The notes: a model not told the origin generated them from the letters alone. DNA of 64,000 bases from Promethearchaeia archaeon (GCA_046497275.1 JAWOFX010000078.1:3024-67023); one strand, 5' to 3'. Counted from the first letter of the stretch, positions 11,246 through 21,627 are shown. Numbers and translations are program-made.

Positions 11246-11587
11246 TTATTTAAGCTTTTCAAAAAGCACTTGAAATTCTTTTTTAGCTTTAGATAATCCT
11301 AGTTGATCTAATAATTTTAAGGACTTCTCGTTAAGTTTATAAAAAGATCTATCTTCGGAGCGTTTATAATCATTCTTTTTTATGTTTTTAATTAAATTAT
11401 GTTCTTTTAGTATACTGAGATGATAATGAAGAGAATTGTCTTGAATAGATGGTAACAAGGATTTCAATTGACTAAAGGATAGGGGTTTTTCACTTGCAAA
11501 GAGAGTAAGCAAAATCTTATATCGTGTCTTTTCAGATATGAGCTCTAATTCTTTTCTTAAATCTTTGTAATTTTGTGGGATATTCAT
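11246..11587 (-). CDS. ArsR-family winged-helix transcriptional regulator (no metal-site Cys)
   Basis: 'KILLTLFASEKPLSFSQLKSLL...SLHYHLSILKEHNLI' is a typical ArsR/SmtB-like HTH. Confidence 0.7.
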   Translation of the reverse strand: MNIPQNYKDLRKELELISEKTRYKILLTLFASEKPLSFSQLKSLLPSIQDNSLHYHLSILKEHNLIKNIKKNDYKRSEDRSFYKLNEKSLKLLDQLGLSKAKKEFQVLFEKLK

Positions 11588-11742
11588 ATGCTCACCTTTT
11601 TAATTTATTTTTATCGTTTCTTGACATGATATGAAAGTAAAATATCTATTTAAATCTAACTCAAATCTCATTGAGTCAATGCAATTTGAAACATTATAAA
11701 TTATAATAAGCTATTGGGTTTTTATTATATTTTTCATACATA

Positions 11743-12249
11743 ATGTATATTATGGAAATTTCTCATGATGATGATACGTGGGAAATATTTTTGGATGAAT
11801 TTATCGAAATATTCTCGATTGAGGGCTTAAGAAAGCAAAAAATTTTCATATGTGGATCCTATTCCAAAGAGAATTTAACCACATTGAAAAAAATAAGGGA
11901 AGAAATCAATAACGAATCTGAAAAATATTTAGCTTTTCTCGAACTGAGCTTTAAAAAAACTCATAATGAGAATTTCATTTTTAAATTTGATTTATTGGCA
12001 AGAATATCTGACGAGATTTTCATGGTCATCGAACATGATAAGGGAGGTCATATGATCGAATTGGGAATTATAATTACCACAAAGGAGTTTTTAGAAAAAA
12101 CGAATATATTGGTGTTAAAAGATGCTCCAATGACCCTTATGCTTAGCAGGGGCAGTCTGCTCACACCTTTTTTCATGGAAGACGAGAATCTATTTTATTT
12201 TAAAACAGTTTCAGATATAAAAGAGATAATAAATACACTCTATCCTTAA
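11743..12249 (+). CDS. Hypothetical protein, nucleoside 2-deoxyribosyltransferase-like fold suspected
   Basis: 'KIFICGSYS' and 'ISDEIFMVIEHDKGGHMIELGI' resemble the NDT-like Rossmannoid pattern. Weak evidence. Confidence 0.3.
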   Translation: MYIMEISHDDDTWEIFLDEFIEIFSIEGLRKQKIFICGSYSKENLTTLKKIREEINNESEKYLAFLELSFKKTHNENFIFKFDLLARISDEIFMVIEHDKGGHMIELGIIITTKEFLEKTNILVLKDAPMTLMLSRGSLLTPFFMEDENLFYFKTVSDIKEIINTLYP

Positions 12250-12309
12250 GAGTTCATAAATTATTCTCATATTAATTTTTGTAAAAAAAATAATAAAAAG
12301 TTATAAGTT

Positions 12310-12720
12310 TTAGAAAGGCCATACAAATATTGCGATGCCAACCAATGCTTCTATGATTAAGGCAACAATGATATACAACAAGAATGCAACCACCGAGACA
12401 GCAATTGCCCCCAGGAATCCTGTATGATGCCTTGCACTGATTAATAGCCAAGTCAATATTAAAACGATGATCCATGCTACTATACCGGTTAGAAAGATGA
12501 ATGTTATCGCAAAGATTATTGTTATGATAAAGGAGGTCAAGAATACTTCTCCAAATCGATCATGTCTGGCTTTACTGAAGAAACTCAGCGCAATTGCTAA
12601 AAATATTGTCATAACTACTAGAAAAATCAAGTAGATTATAAGAAACCACATTATATCTTCTAAAGTTTCAAATGTCTGAGCCCAATCAGGATTAATTATA
12701 TCATCCATAATACTATTCAA
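12310..12720 (-). CDS. Integral membrane protein (about 4 TM)
   Basis: Hydrophobic helices only. No recognisable motif. Confidence 0.5.
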   Translation of the reverse strand: MNSIMDDIINPDWAQTFETLEDIMWFLIIYLIFLVVMTIFLAIALSFFSKARHDRFGEVFLTSFIITIIFAITFIFLTGIVAWIIVLILTWLLISARHHTGFLGAIAVSVVAFLLYIIVALIIEALVGIAIFVWPF

Positions 12721-12801
12721 TTCAACCTTATTTTATAAATATCTTCTCTTTTAATTATTAACATTAGAGGGATTAATTTAGAAATATTAATTCACGAAAA
12801 T

Positions 12802-13410
12802 ATGATTGAATGGATCAATTTTATTTCTTTAATTGCAAGCATTTTTCTCTTCTGTATCTTCTATACCTTTAGCCTTGAACCAAAAAAAAGGAGCCAAAAG
12901 CGAGGGGAGAAGGCTTGGAAAGAATGTGCAATTTTCAGAATTATGGCAGGAATTTTTGAATTCCTAATTTTACTTAATATTATTCTGTGGATTTGGTTCC
13001 CTCTCCCAAGTATAGACTATCAGATATATTCAAACTACTGGATTGGAATTGGCATAGGTTTAACAATTTTAATTATTGGTAGTATCATTATGACTAAAGG
13101 AATAATTGATGCAGGTTCTGAAACTGCAAAACCATCGGAAAAAACAGAAATGTATGAAGGAATTTACAAATTTATACGACACCCACAATCTCTTGGAGAA
13201 TTCCCAATGTTCATCGCAATGGGATTTTTAGTAAATTCCTGGACGATAGTAATTATCTTAACGCTATTTATAGTTATTTACGTGCCTATTATGATTCATT
13301 ATGAAGAGAAAGATTTAATTAGACGATTTGGAAATAAGTATAAAGAATATCAAAAGACAACAGGTGCACTTATTCCTAAATTTAGAAATAAATCTGGAAA
13401 TAAAGGTTAA
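12802..13410 (+). CDS. Isoprenylcysteine carboxyl methyltransferase (ICMT)/phospholipid methyltransferase family membrane protein
   Basis: C-terminal 'YKFIRHPQSLGEF....HYEEKDLIRRFGNKYKEYQKTT' matches the ICMT-family SAM-binding region. Multi-TM. Confidence 0.75.
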   Translation: MIEWINFISLIASIFLFCIFYTFSLEPKKRSQKRGEKAWKECAIFRIMAGIFEFLILLNIILWIWFPLPSIDYQIYSNYWIGIGIGLTILIIGSIIMTKGIIDAGSETAKPSEKTEMYEGIYKFIRHPQSLGEFPMFIAMGFLVNSWTIVIILTLFIVIYVPIMIHYEEKDLIRRFGNKYKEYQKTTGALIPKFRNKSGNKG

Positions 13411-13421
13411 AAAAATCTCCA

Positions 13422-14450
13422 CTATCTAATTTCTTCTTGGTTTTGTTTTTTTATATTGGTTGGGCTATTAATTCCATCTTGAGTCGATTTATAATTAACC
13501 AGTATAATTCCTACGCACACACATAATAGGGCAAATGGATAAATAAAAATACCAAATTGTTCACCTAAAAAAATCGCAGAGAATAGGACTCCGATTAATG
13601 GAACTAATGTTTGAAAAATTGCAGCTCTACTTGCATCTAATCGTTTTACACCTTCTAAATAGAATGTATATCCACCTACGGTTGAGATAAAAGCTAAATA
13701 GAGAATACCAAGCCATAACCGATTTGGAATCATGAAAAATTGAATCGGATTGATATATTCTGGGTTAATCATTAAAGCGATGGGTGTTGTAATTATGAAA
13801 CCAAACACAGAAATCCATGTAATCAACCATAAAGAACTTGGTTGGTATGAATTACTCTCTTTCTTAGTTTTATTCATAAAGAATCGAGAGGTCACGGTAT
13901 AAGTAGCATATGCGAATGCTCCCATTAATATTAAGATATCCCCAAGTATTCTATTTAATACTTCAACATTAGGAGAAAAACCAACAACCAAGATAACCGC
14001 TATAAAAGCTAAAAAAGTACCAATAAGTTTTTTCAATGTAATTTTTTCTGTCTCTATGAAAATTCCAGAAAGAATAACAACCCAAACTGCATTCGTAACA
14101 ATGAGAATGCTAGCGTCACTTGCAGAGGTAAAAATCTCCCCAATAAGATACCCAATTTGATATATTGTTACAGAGGTTAATCCCATAAATAGTAAATATT
14201 TCCAATTTCTTAATGCAAATTTAATCTTCAAAGACCCTTCTTTATATTTTAAGAGAATTAAAAAGCAAACGATTGCCAAAAAATATCGAATCACTACTAT
14301 CATTAAGGGGGGAATGGTTTCACCACCTACCTCTTCGGACACCATCCATCGTCCCAGAGGCCACGTACCACCCCAAATAAATGCTGTAATTATTAGCAGT
14401 ATGTAAGCTTCAAATTTACTTTTTTCATTACTGAATATAGTTGATTTCAT
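13422..14450 (-). CDS. EamA/DMT superfamily transporter
   Basis: 10 predicted TM helices in two EamA-like halves, with a typical 'WGGTWPLGR' N-terminal region. Confidence 0.85.
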   Translation of the reverse strand: MKSTIFSNEKSKFEAYILLIITAFIWGGTWPLGRWMVSEEVGGETIPPLMIVVIRYFLAIVCFLILLKYKEGSLKIKFALRNWKYLLFMGLTSVTIYQIGYLIGEIFTSASDASILIVTNAVWVVILSGIFIETEKITLKKLIGTFLAFIAVILVVGFSPNVEVLNRILGDILILMGAFAYATYTVTSRFFMNKTKKESNSYQPSSLWLITWISVFGFIITTPIALMINPEYINPIQFFMIPNRLWLGILYLAFISTVGGYTFYLEGVKRLDASRAAIFQTLVPLIGVLFSAIFLGEQFGIFIYPFALLCVCVGIILVNYKSTQDGINSPTNIKKQNQEEIR

Positions 14451-14495
14451 TTTATTATTAGATCTTTTCCTTTTCCTTTACAAACAAAAATTTTA

Positions 14496-14657
14496 TTATT
14501 TTGAAGAATCCTCATAGAATACAGTGGTTATTAGCAGAGAACCCTTGATTGTTTGGGTAATAAATTTAATATCAATTTCAGGAATTGTATTTAACCATTT
14601 ATTAATATTTTCTTCAGCCTTTTTTCCTCTTTCAACTTCTAATACTTTACATTTCAT
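14496..14657 (-). CDS. Candidate small protein (53 aa), below the ORF-track cutoff
   Basis: ATG...TAA ORF read by hand: MKCKVLEVERGKKAEENINKWLNTIPEIDIKFITQTIKGSLLITTVFYEDSSK. Non-random alpha/beta-looking composition. It fills the gap between EamA and amzA. Confidence 0.3.
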   Translation of the reverse strand: MKCKVLEVERGKKAEENINKWLNTIPEIDIKFITQTIKGSLLITTVFYEDSSK

Positions 14658-14759
14658 TTTAAGCTTAGATTATTATATATTCAAAATTTTAATTTAAGGA
14701 AGATAATATCAAATTCTATAAAAAGTTGTGAATTTGACTTAACTCATGAGATAGATATA

Positions 14760-15356
14760 TTATTTTTTATTATTCATATCATCTATGAACCTAGAAATTT
14801 TTGCTGAGCAAGATTTGCAAAATTCTATGGGTTTTTCATCCGTCTGAGCTAAATAATTAGAGAACCGCATGATACAATAATTATCACAATGGTTTAAGCC
14901 GAGAGTATGACCAAGTTCGTGCACTGCTTCCTTAAGAGTTCTTTCCCTAAATAAATCCTCATCTTTTTTTTTGTTATAAAATTCTTCCTTTAATCGACTC
15001 ACAGATATAATTGAAACTCCAAAATTTCTGGTTGCTTTAGAGTTTGGCGGAGTGGCAATTCCAAAAACAAAATTTAATCCGCTTGAATAAATATCAACAT
15101 CTAAAACACCCAGGGTTCTAAAATATTGTTCCTTTTTTGAATGATTAAATAGGCGAGTTAAAATTTTAGAACCATCGTATTGTCTTCTTATTTCATTATA
15201 TTCAGATTCTAGCAATGGTAAAGGTTCTTCAGCAAGAATGATAAATAAGTTAAATTTCTCAAACCTTTTTTTCAACCCTTTTTCTAAATTTTTTAATGTT
15301 TTATTATTGATTTTTCCGATTTCTTGTAAATAGATCTTTTTTTTTGGCTTAATCAT
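14760..15356 (-). CDS. amzA: Archaemetzincin (zinc metalloprotease)
   Basis: 'HELGHTLGLNHCDNYCIM' plus downstream 'CKSC' gives the archaemetzincin HExxHxxGxxxCxxxxCxM...CxxC signature. Confidence 0.9.
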   Translation of the reverse strand: MIKPKKKIYLQEIGKINNKTLKNLEKGLKKRFEKFNLFIILAEEPLPLLESEYNEIRRQYDGSKILTRLFNHSKKEQYFRTLGVLDVDIYSSGLNFVFGIATPPNSKATRNFGVSIISVSRLKEEFYNKKKDEDLFRERTLKEAVHELGHTLGLNHCDNYCIMRFSNYLAQTDEKPIEFCKSCSAKISRFIDDMNNKK

Positions 15357-15647
15357 TTTAAAGTAAAAGAAATTAGAAAAAATTTAAATGTACGGTGTAA
15401 AAATCATTAATTTATCGTAAGTATATATATTAATAATTAATCAGCTGCTTGTAATAATCTAATTATAATAAAGCTTTTAAAAAGAAATCATACGAATATA
15501 AAGTAAAATCTTGATATAGTTTCAAATATTAACAGAATCTGAAATTTCGGATTATTCTTCTTTAATCTAAGATTTTTAAGTTAATATATCCTTTCATTAA
15601 TTGGGTCAAAATAAATTTTAAAAGAGATCCATAATTAGGTGAAAATT

Positions 15648-15815
15648 TTGAATTATTGTCCAGTATGCAACAACTTATTAGTTCCAAAAGATGATCATTT
15701 ATATTGTAGAGTCTGTGATAAGAATTACAAACTCGTTAAAAATCAGGAGGGAGAATATAAAAACGTGACAAAATTAAATCCTAAAGAAGAGATTGAGCCC
15801 CTTGTTATTGATTAA
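15648..15815 (+). CDS. Stand-alone zinc-ribbon protein resembling the N-terminal ribbon of TFS/RpoM
   Basis: Hand-read ORF (55 aa from TTG 15648, or 58 aa from GTG 15639): '(M)NYCPVCNNLLVPKDDHLYCRVCDKNY'. GGTG lies 7 nt upstream of the TTG. Below the track cutoff. Confidence 0.5.
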   Translation: MNYCPVCNNLLVPKDDHLYCRVCDKNYKLVKNQEGEYKNVTKLNPKEEIEPLVID

Positions 15816-16044
15816 AGAATCATTTTCTCACAGAGAAAGAGAATCGTAGAAGAAAATTAAATCTCAAATTTTTATTTTTAATTCAAAAGTATCTTTAAGC
15901 TACTCATTTTTAATTAATTCCATTTTTTTTTAAGATAAATTAAAGTTTCTTAGAATAATTAGATTATAACGTTAAAAATTATAAATTAAATCAGAAGAAG
16001 ATCAATATAGACTGAGATTAATAATATAATGAAAATGATATGAA

Positions 16045-16677
16045 ATGGTAATATGTAGATATTTAGGGAGATCATGTGTTGAGGTTATAGCCGATAAGGA
16101 TCATATTATAATTGATCCAAATTATGTTGAATTTCCAAGGAAAGGAATCAATAAAATCCTTTTAACGCATGAGCATGATGATCATCTTTCTCAAGAGAAA
16201 ATTCAGAGGATATTTAAAGAATTTATTAGAGAAGATCAAGAATTCCAAATTTTTGGTCCCATTTCCACCAAGGAAAAAATAGCAATAGAAGAACCATTTA
16301 TAGTTAAAGATGGATCCGTTATTGAGTTAAATGATGGAAGAATTGAAGTTTTTAAAATAGATTGTTGGGGTTCTGAAGCATGTGTGGCTTATTTGATCTA
16401 TATTGATGATAAAAGAATATTACATACAGCAGATTCGGCAAATTATTCTGATCGACTCAGAACCATAGAAAAAGCTGTTGATTGTTGTTTTGTTGCAACA
16501 TTCGAAGATTATTATGATAATTATTTGCATTTTATTAAAACCATAATGCCAAAATTAACTATCCCTTATCATTTTGGTCCTGATAAGAAGGAGATTGGAA
16601 AGAAAACAGCCGAATTTCTACAAAAAAATGATATTAATGTAAAATATTTAAATCCCGGAGAAGAAATTAATCTTTGA
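16045..16677 (+). CDS. MBL-fold metallo-hydrolase
   Basis: Intact 'THEHDDH' (HxHxDH, nt 16168-16185) and a downstream 'HTADS'. Confidence 0.8.
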   Translation: MVICRYLGRSCVEVIADKDHIIIDPNYVEFPRKGINKILLTHEHDDHLSQEKIQRIFKEFIREDQEFQIFGPISTKEKIAIEEPFIVKDGSVIELNDGRIEVFKIDCWGSEACVAYLIYIDDKRILHTADSANYSDRLRTIEKAVDCCFVATFEDYYDNYLHFIKTIMPKLTIPYHFGPDKKEIGKKTAEFLQKNDINVKYLNPGEEINL

Positions 16678-16849
16678 GATAAATTTCAAAATCTCTAAAG
16701 TCAATTTCTCCGAATTAAATGTTATATACACTTTTTTTAAATAAATACCAATAATAAGTATAAATAAAAACATCATCAAAATAATTAAAGATATAGAAAA
16801 ATCTCATAAAATTATGCGAATCAAAATAAAGAGACAATGGTAAATTCTT

Positions 16850-17785
16850 ATGATAAAAGATCTTATTAAAGTTAATAATCTTTCGAAAGACTTTGGTGAA
16901 GTCTTGGCTGTTGATAAGATAAGATTTAGCGTTGACCAAGGAGAAATATTTGGATTCCTTGGGCCAAACGGAGCGGGAAAAACAACCACAATCCGTATGA
17001 TGACCGGAGTGTTGAAACCTACATCAGGTACCATTGAAATTTATGGAAAAAATGTCTGGAAAAATCAGATAATGGTTAAACAGATCCTTGGGAACGTCCC
17101 CGAAATGGCGAATGTGTATATGGATTTAACAGGTTTACAAAATTTAAATTTCTTGGGAGAAGTATACGGAATACCAAAAAAAGAAAGAATAGATAAAGCT
17201 ATAACCCTTTTAAAAAAGTTTGAACTATTTGAACGGAAAGATAGTCTTGCAAAAAAATATTCAAAAGGAATGAAGCAACGATTATTATTATGTATGGCTT
17301 TGATGAGTAATCCGAAAATTCTATTTCTTGACGAGCCAACATCTGGATTAGATGTCCATTCAAGTATAATTATAAAAAATTTAATAAAAGAATATAATAA
17401 AGATGGGATGACAATCTTTCTTACAACACATAATATGGACGTGGCAAATGAAATGTGTCATAGAATCGCTATTATTAATAAAGGAAAAATTATAAGATTA
17501 GATACTCCAGAAAATTTACGAACAATAGAAAAAGAATTTCAATCAATTGACCTTTATCTTTCTAAAAAAATTGATCTTTCTGCTTTAGAACAATTAAATG
17601 GAATTGAGAACGCAAAACAAATAAAGAATTATTATCACCTCATTGTTAATAATATAGATGAAGCAATTCAGCAAATTATCGATTTTACGAGATCTAATGA
17701 TATTAAGATTAATAAAATCAATACCCCAGAACCCAGCTTAGAAGAAGTATTTATTAATGCGATTAATGGAGGTGAGAAGAATTAG
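16850..17785 (+). CDS. ABC transporter ATP-binding protein (ABC-2 type)
   Basis: Walker A 'GPNGAGKTT', signature 'YSKGMKQR', Walker B 'ILFLDEPTSGLD' and an H-loop. Confidence 0.92.
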   Translation: MIKDLIKVNNLSKDFGEVLAVDKIRFSVDQGEIFGFLGPNGAGKTTTIRMMTGVLKPTSGTIEIYGKNVWKNQIMVKQILGNVPEMANVYMDLTGLQNLNFLGEVYGIPKKERIDKAITLLKKFELFERKDSLAKKYSKGMKQRLLLCMALMSNPKILFLDEPTSGLDVHSSIIIKNLIKEYNKDGMTIFLTTHNMDVANEMCHRIAIINKGKIIRLDTPENLRTIEKEFQSIDLYLSKKIDLSALEQLNGIENAKQIKNYYHLIVNNIDEAIQQIIDFTRSNDIKINKINTPEPSLEEVFINAINGGEKN

Positions 17786-18566
17786 AGAAGAGGTATTTGA
17801 GGAAAAATCAAAAGTAAAATTAATAATCGAGCAAATAAGAAGATCATTCGCCATCGCAAAAAAAGATTTAAAGATTTATTACAATAAAGGACCCGTGGTG
17901 ATCCAGGGTATAGCTTTCCCAATTATTTTATTCTTAGCATTCACTATTGGTAGAGAAATTCTTCCCCTTTTTATCATTAGTGGTTTAATAACAATGGTAC
18001 TATTTTTAACATCAACTTCCATCGGCCCCGTGGTTTTTCCATGGGAAACAAGACAGAAAACTCTTGAACGCTTAATAACTTGTCCAATCTCTATCAAAAC
18101 AATCCTTTTAGGAAATGTGTGGAGTTCCTTTCTTTTTGGATGCATATTTTCAATTGTTCCTTTAACATTAGGGATAATATTTCTAGAACTTTGGAGAGAT
18201 ATAAACCTCTTGATTTTGATTCCTGGCATTATATTAGCAGCGTTTTCTTTTTCCTCCTTTAGTTTAATTCTCTCGGTACCTCCAACTGATACTCCAGCAA
18301 ATACGATGATTCTTACAATTCTTATTAAATTTCCCTTGATATTCATTAGTCCCTTATTTATGCCTATTAAATTAAATCCTTTAATCCTTATCTCTCCATT
18401 AACTTACTTCATTGATCTCTTGAATACTGGTCTCAGAGAGGCAAGTGCGTTTGGAGCTTTTGGTTTGATTATTGATTTTGGATTTCTTTTATTATTTGGG
18501 TTCGGATTTCTTTTCCTTGCGTTCATCTTACATGCAATAACACTTCAAAAAAGATTTAAAGGTTGA
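17757..18566 (+). CDS. ABC-2 type transporter permease
   Basis: 6-TM protein overlapping the stop of the ATPase gene. The true start may be a few codons downstream. Confidence 0.8.
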   Translation: MRLMEVRRIREEVFEEKSKVKLIIEQIRRSFAIAKKDLKIYYNKGPVVIQGIAFPIILFLAFTIGREILPLFIISGLITMVLFLTSTSIGPVVFPWETRQKTLERLITCPISIKTILLGNVWSSFLFGCIFSIVPLTLGIIFLELWRDINLLILIPGIILAAFSFSSFSLILSVPPTDTPANTMILTILIKFPLIFISPLFMPIKLNPLILISPLTYFIDLLNTGLREASAFGAFGLIIDFGFLLLFGFGFLFLAFILHAITLQKRFKG

Positions 18567-18765
18567 AAAATTAACTTCTGAGAAAATTTTAATAAAAAAT
18601 TAGAATTTCGTACTATTCTTTTTTATTAAAAATAATGGTTTTTCGTAAAAAAATTATCTAAGCTCATCAAAAAAGATAAAAGTTATAATGATTTATATAA
18701 AATTGTAGTAGATAATATTATCAGATCTTTAAACACTTTTTATATTTTCAAGGTGCTAAATAAGT

Positions 18766-19404
18766 ATGTCAATGCAAAAAATTATAACTCAATTACATGA
18801 CAATAATAAAGAATTTACTACTTCTGAAGAATTAAAGGAATACAGTCAACAATTATATTATAACTATAATAATGTAATTAGTTATTTGTTAAAACAAGGA
18901 TATCTCTTAAGGATTTTTAAGGGGATATATTATGTAAAAAGTAATGAAGAGATTGAAACTAATAAGCTGAAATATTCCTTGCTTGAGTTAGTGGGAAAGG
19001 GTTTAGAACTTAGGGGTATTAGCAATTGGTACTATGGATTATATACTGCTTTAAAATTGAATAATTATCCTGTGGAAGAAGAGCGGGATTTATTTTTTAT
19101 AATGAGTGATAGATTATTTAAAACAAAACCAGTAGAGATTGCTGGACATTCATTCAAATTCATTAAATTAAAATATTCATTATTCGATTTTGGCACAATT
19201 AATCAAAAAGTTAAATATTCCAATTTAGAAAAAACAGTTTTAGACTTTATTTACCTATGGAAATACAACGGGATTCACGATCAGAAAATAATAGTAGATA
19301 TCCAAGAATTTATGGAGGGAGTGGAAGGGGAAAGAATTTTAAAATATGCCCAGTATTATCCTAAAAGCAATTTGCGGATTCTTCAAGAAGCCTTAAAAAA
19401 ATAG
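18766..19404 (+). CDS. AbiEi-like / COG5340-type putative transcriptional regulator
   Basis: N-terminal 'LLKQGYLLRIFKGIYYV' resembles the AbiEi antitoxin wHTH motif. No AbiEii-like nucleotidyltransferase is adjacent. Confidence 0.45.
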   Translation: MSMQKIITQLHDNNKEFTTSEELKEYSQQLYYNYNNVISYLLKQGYLLRIFKGIYYVKSNEEIETNKLKYSLLELVGKGLELRGISNWYYGLYTALKLNNYPVEEERDLFFIMSDRLFKTKPVEIAGHSFKFIKLKYSLFDFGTINQKVKYSNLEKTVLDFIYLWKYNGIHDQKIIVDIQEFMEGVEGERILKYAQYYPKSNLRILQEALKK

Positions 19405-19561
19405 GTAATTTTCTGGAATTTTTTCAAGAAAAACTTCTTCTATTTTCTACTTTCATAATTCTCATTAAATTTCCAACTATATCAATACTTTAAAATAGAA
19501 ATCATTATAAATTATTGTATATATCATTATTTTTAAGAGTAGAAACGAGTTTGAAATTAAA

Positions 19562-20200
19562 ATGGTGAAGATTAGATTTTTAGGAAGATCCTGTTTAGAA
19601 TTGATCACACTTAAAGGGCATTTCATAATTGATCCAAATTATTTACGTCCTCCTACTGAAGGAATAGAGAAGGTTTTTTTCACTCAAGGGAATATGTATC
19701 ATTTTGATCCTAGTAAGTTAAAAGAAATTCAAGATAATTACTTTGAGAATGAAAAGGATGAAAAGGAACTAGAAATTTATGGACCAGATATTTTAAGAGA
19801 TAAAACAGAGTTCGAAATTAAAAAGATAAAAGATGGAAAGAAAATTACTTTTGAGGATACTGAGATTACAGTATTTGAAGTGGAATGTGAAAGATCAGAA
19901 AAATGTTATTCTTATGTGTTTACAATTGGGGAAGTAAGAGTATTATATACTGCAGATTCCGCCCTTTTTTCTGATAGACTAAAAAATTTTCAAGAAAAGA
20001 TTGATTATTGTTTTATTGCATGTTTTGAGGAGAATTTTGAAGATTATCTATTGTTTTTACAAAAAATAAACCCGAAAGTTACTTTTCCGTTTCATTTTAT
20101 TGAAGGTGAGGAGGAAAAGGCTAAAAAATTAGTTGAATATTTAATGAATAACGGTCTTGAATCCTCATTTCTTGATATTGGGGATGAGTTTGAATTCTAA
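19562..20200 (+). CDS. MBL-fold paralog with degenerate metal-binding motif (probable pseudoenzyme)
   Basis: Colinear with the 16045 protein (MV.IR.LGRSC.E.I...H.IIDPNY...). However, HEHDDH is replaced by 'QGNMYH' (nt 19685-19702). Confidence 0.7.
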   Translation: MVKIRFLGRSCLELITLKGHFIIDPNYLRPPTEGIEKVFFTQGNMYHFDPSKLKEIQDNYFENEKDEKELEIYGPDILRDKTEFEIKKIKDGKKITFEDTEITVFEVECERSEKCYSYVFTIGEVRVLYTADSALFSDRLKNFQEKIDYCFIACFEENFEDYLLFLQKINPKVTFPFHFIEGEEEKAKKLVEYLMNNGLESSFLDIGDEFEF

Positions 20201-20226
20201 AATAGCTAAATTTTTTATTTTGTAAG

Positions 20227-20766
20227 ATGGAAGAATGGCTAAATTCGAAAGGAGAAATCATATTAAGAGAAATAGGGATAAGGGAGTCCCAAAAAGTTGT
20301 GGATTTTGGGTGTGGTGAAGGAGTATATAGTATAATAATATCCAAAATAATTGGCGAGACAGGAAGAGTCATAGCAATAGACAAAAATCAAGAGAGATTA
20401 GATGAATTGAGAGAAAAAATAGTAGAACACAATATAGATAATATAGAGTTATTGCATCTCCCTGAGGATTCCACTTTGCCGATAGAAGATACTTCTATTG
20501 ATGTATTTTTATTATATGATGTTTATCATCTATTAGATAAAAAACAGAGATTGAGAGTTATAGAAGAAGCTGCCAGAGTTCTACACGAAGATGGATTGCT
20601 ATCATACCATGCAACTCACTTAGATTCTTATGAAGTAAATCTTAAAGAAGTGAAAAAGCACATGCAAGAGCATAATTTAGTTTTTAAAAAAAAATATAAA
20701 AAACCAATGTTTCATTGGAGTTGGATTGAAGAGGGTGTAATATTAAACTTCTTTAAAAATCTTTAA
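20227..20766 (+). CDS. Class I SAM-dependent methyltransferase
   Basis: Motif I 'VVDFGCGEGVYS' and motif II 'DVFLLYDVYH'. Confidence 0.8.
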   Translation: MEEWLNSKGEIILREIGIRESQKVVDFGCGEGVYSIIISKIIGETGRVIAIDKNQERLDELREKIVEHNIDNIELLHLPEDSTLPIEDTSIDVFLLYDVYHLLDKKQRLRVIEEAARVLHEDGLLSYHATHLDSYEVNLKEVKKHMQEHNLVFKKKYKKPMFHWSWIEEGVILNFFKNL

Positions 20767-20988
20767 AATCAAAATTTAGGACTAACTAAATTATTCCTAA
20801 AAAATTCTATAAAACAAGTCTTTCTTATCTATTCTTTAAATTTTATTAATAACTATAAATAAATTAGAAATTTCTCTTACATTAATTAAAGAGATGTTCA
20901 AATTTCGTTATGGACTATTAAATTAATATTAAAAAACCTCATTCAACACTAATTAAATGAATTAAAATTAATATAAAAAGGTGAGAAA

Positions 20989-21342
20989 ATGACAGAAACT
21001 ATACCGAAAGTTGATGAGGGAAAAGAAGAAGAAAAGAAAAAGGGTCTCCGAAAAAGGATTTTTTCACCAGAGATGTGCTCATATACAAATGAAGATGCTA
21101 CGGGATATGTTATTGAAGTGGTTTTACCCGGTGTAGGAAAAGAAACTATAGATCTAAAAATCACAGAGGATAGTGTATTTATAACAGGTGAGAGTGAAGC
21201 GATCCGATATGTTGGATCTTATGGCCTTTGTTGCCCTATTAATACAGAACATGCAAAAGCAAAGTATAATAATGGATTACTTAAGATTGAAGCACCATTC
21301 AAGGAAATAAATTTAGAGACTGTTGATATAAACATAGATTAG
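20989..21342 (+). CDS. Hsp20/alpha-crystallin family small heat-shock protein
   Basis: 'YVIEVVLPGVGKETIDLKI' and 'AKYNNGLLKIEAP' form a typical ACD core. Confidence 0.85.
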   Translation: MTETIPKVDEGKEEEKKKGLRKRIFSPEMCSYTNEDATGYVIEVVLPGVGKETIDLKITEDSVFITGESEAIRYVGSYGLCCPINTEHAKAKYNNGLLKIEAPFKEINLETVDINID

Positions 21343-21627
21343 AATACTTCACTTCTTCTTTTTTATTTTTTAACTTTGTAGAATGAAGAGTTATATTTCT
21401 ATTATTTTTATTTTAATCGGTTTTATAGAATATTTTTTAATTTCCTAATTAATATATAAATTCTCTAATAAACAGTCTTTAGTTCATTACTTTAAAATCA
21501 TATTTTCATATCACTAAATTAAATTTTAGCTTTTTCTAAGAGGGTTTGGTTCCATTTTAAGAGGAAGAAAATCTAATATATGAAGAAGTAGAAAGTATAT
21601 TAATGTAATAAAATTATACAGAGAAAA

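Noticed and set aside
18766-20200. An AbiE-type toxin-antitoxin system (AbiEi-like gene plus the downstream gene).
   Set aside because: The downstream gene is an MBL-fold paralog, not an AbiEii/DUF1814 nucleotidyltransferase. The AbiEi-like call is itself only moderate.
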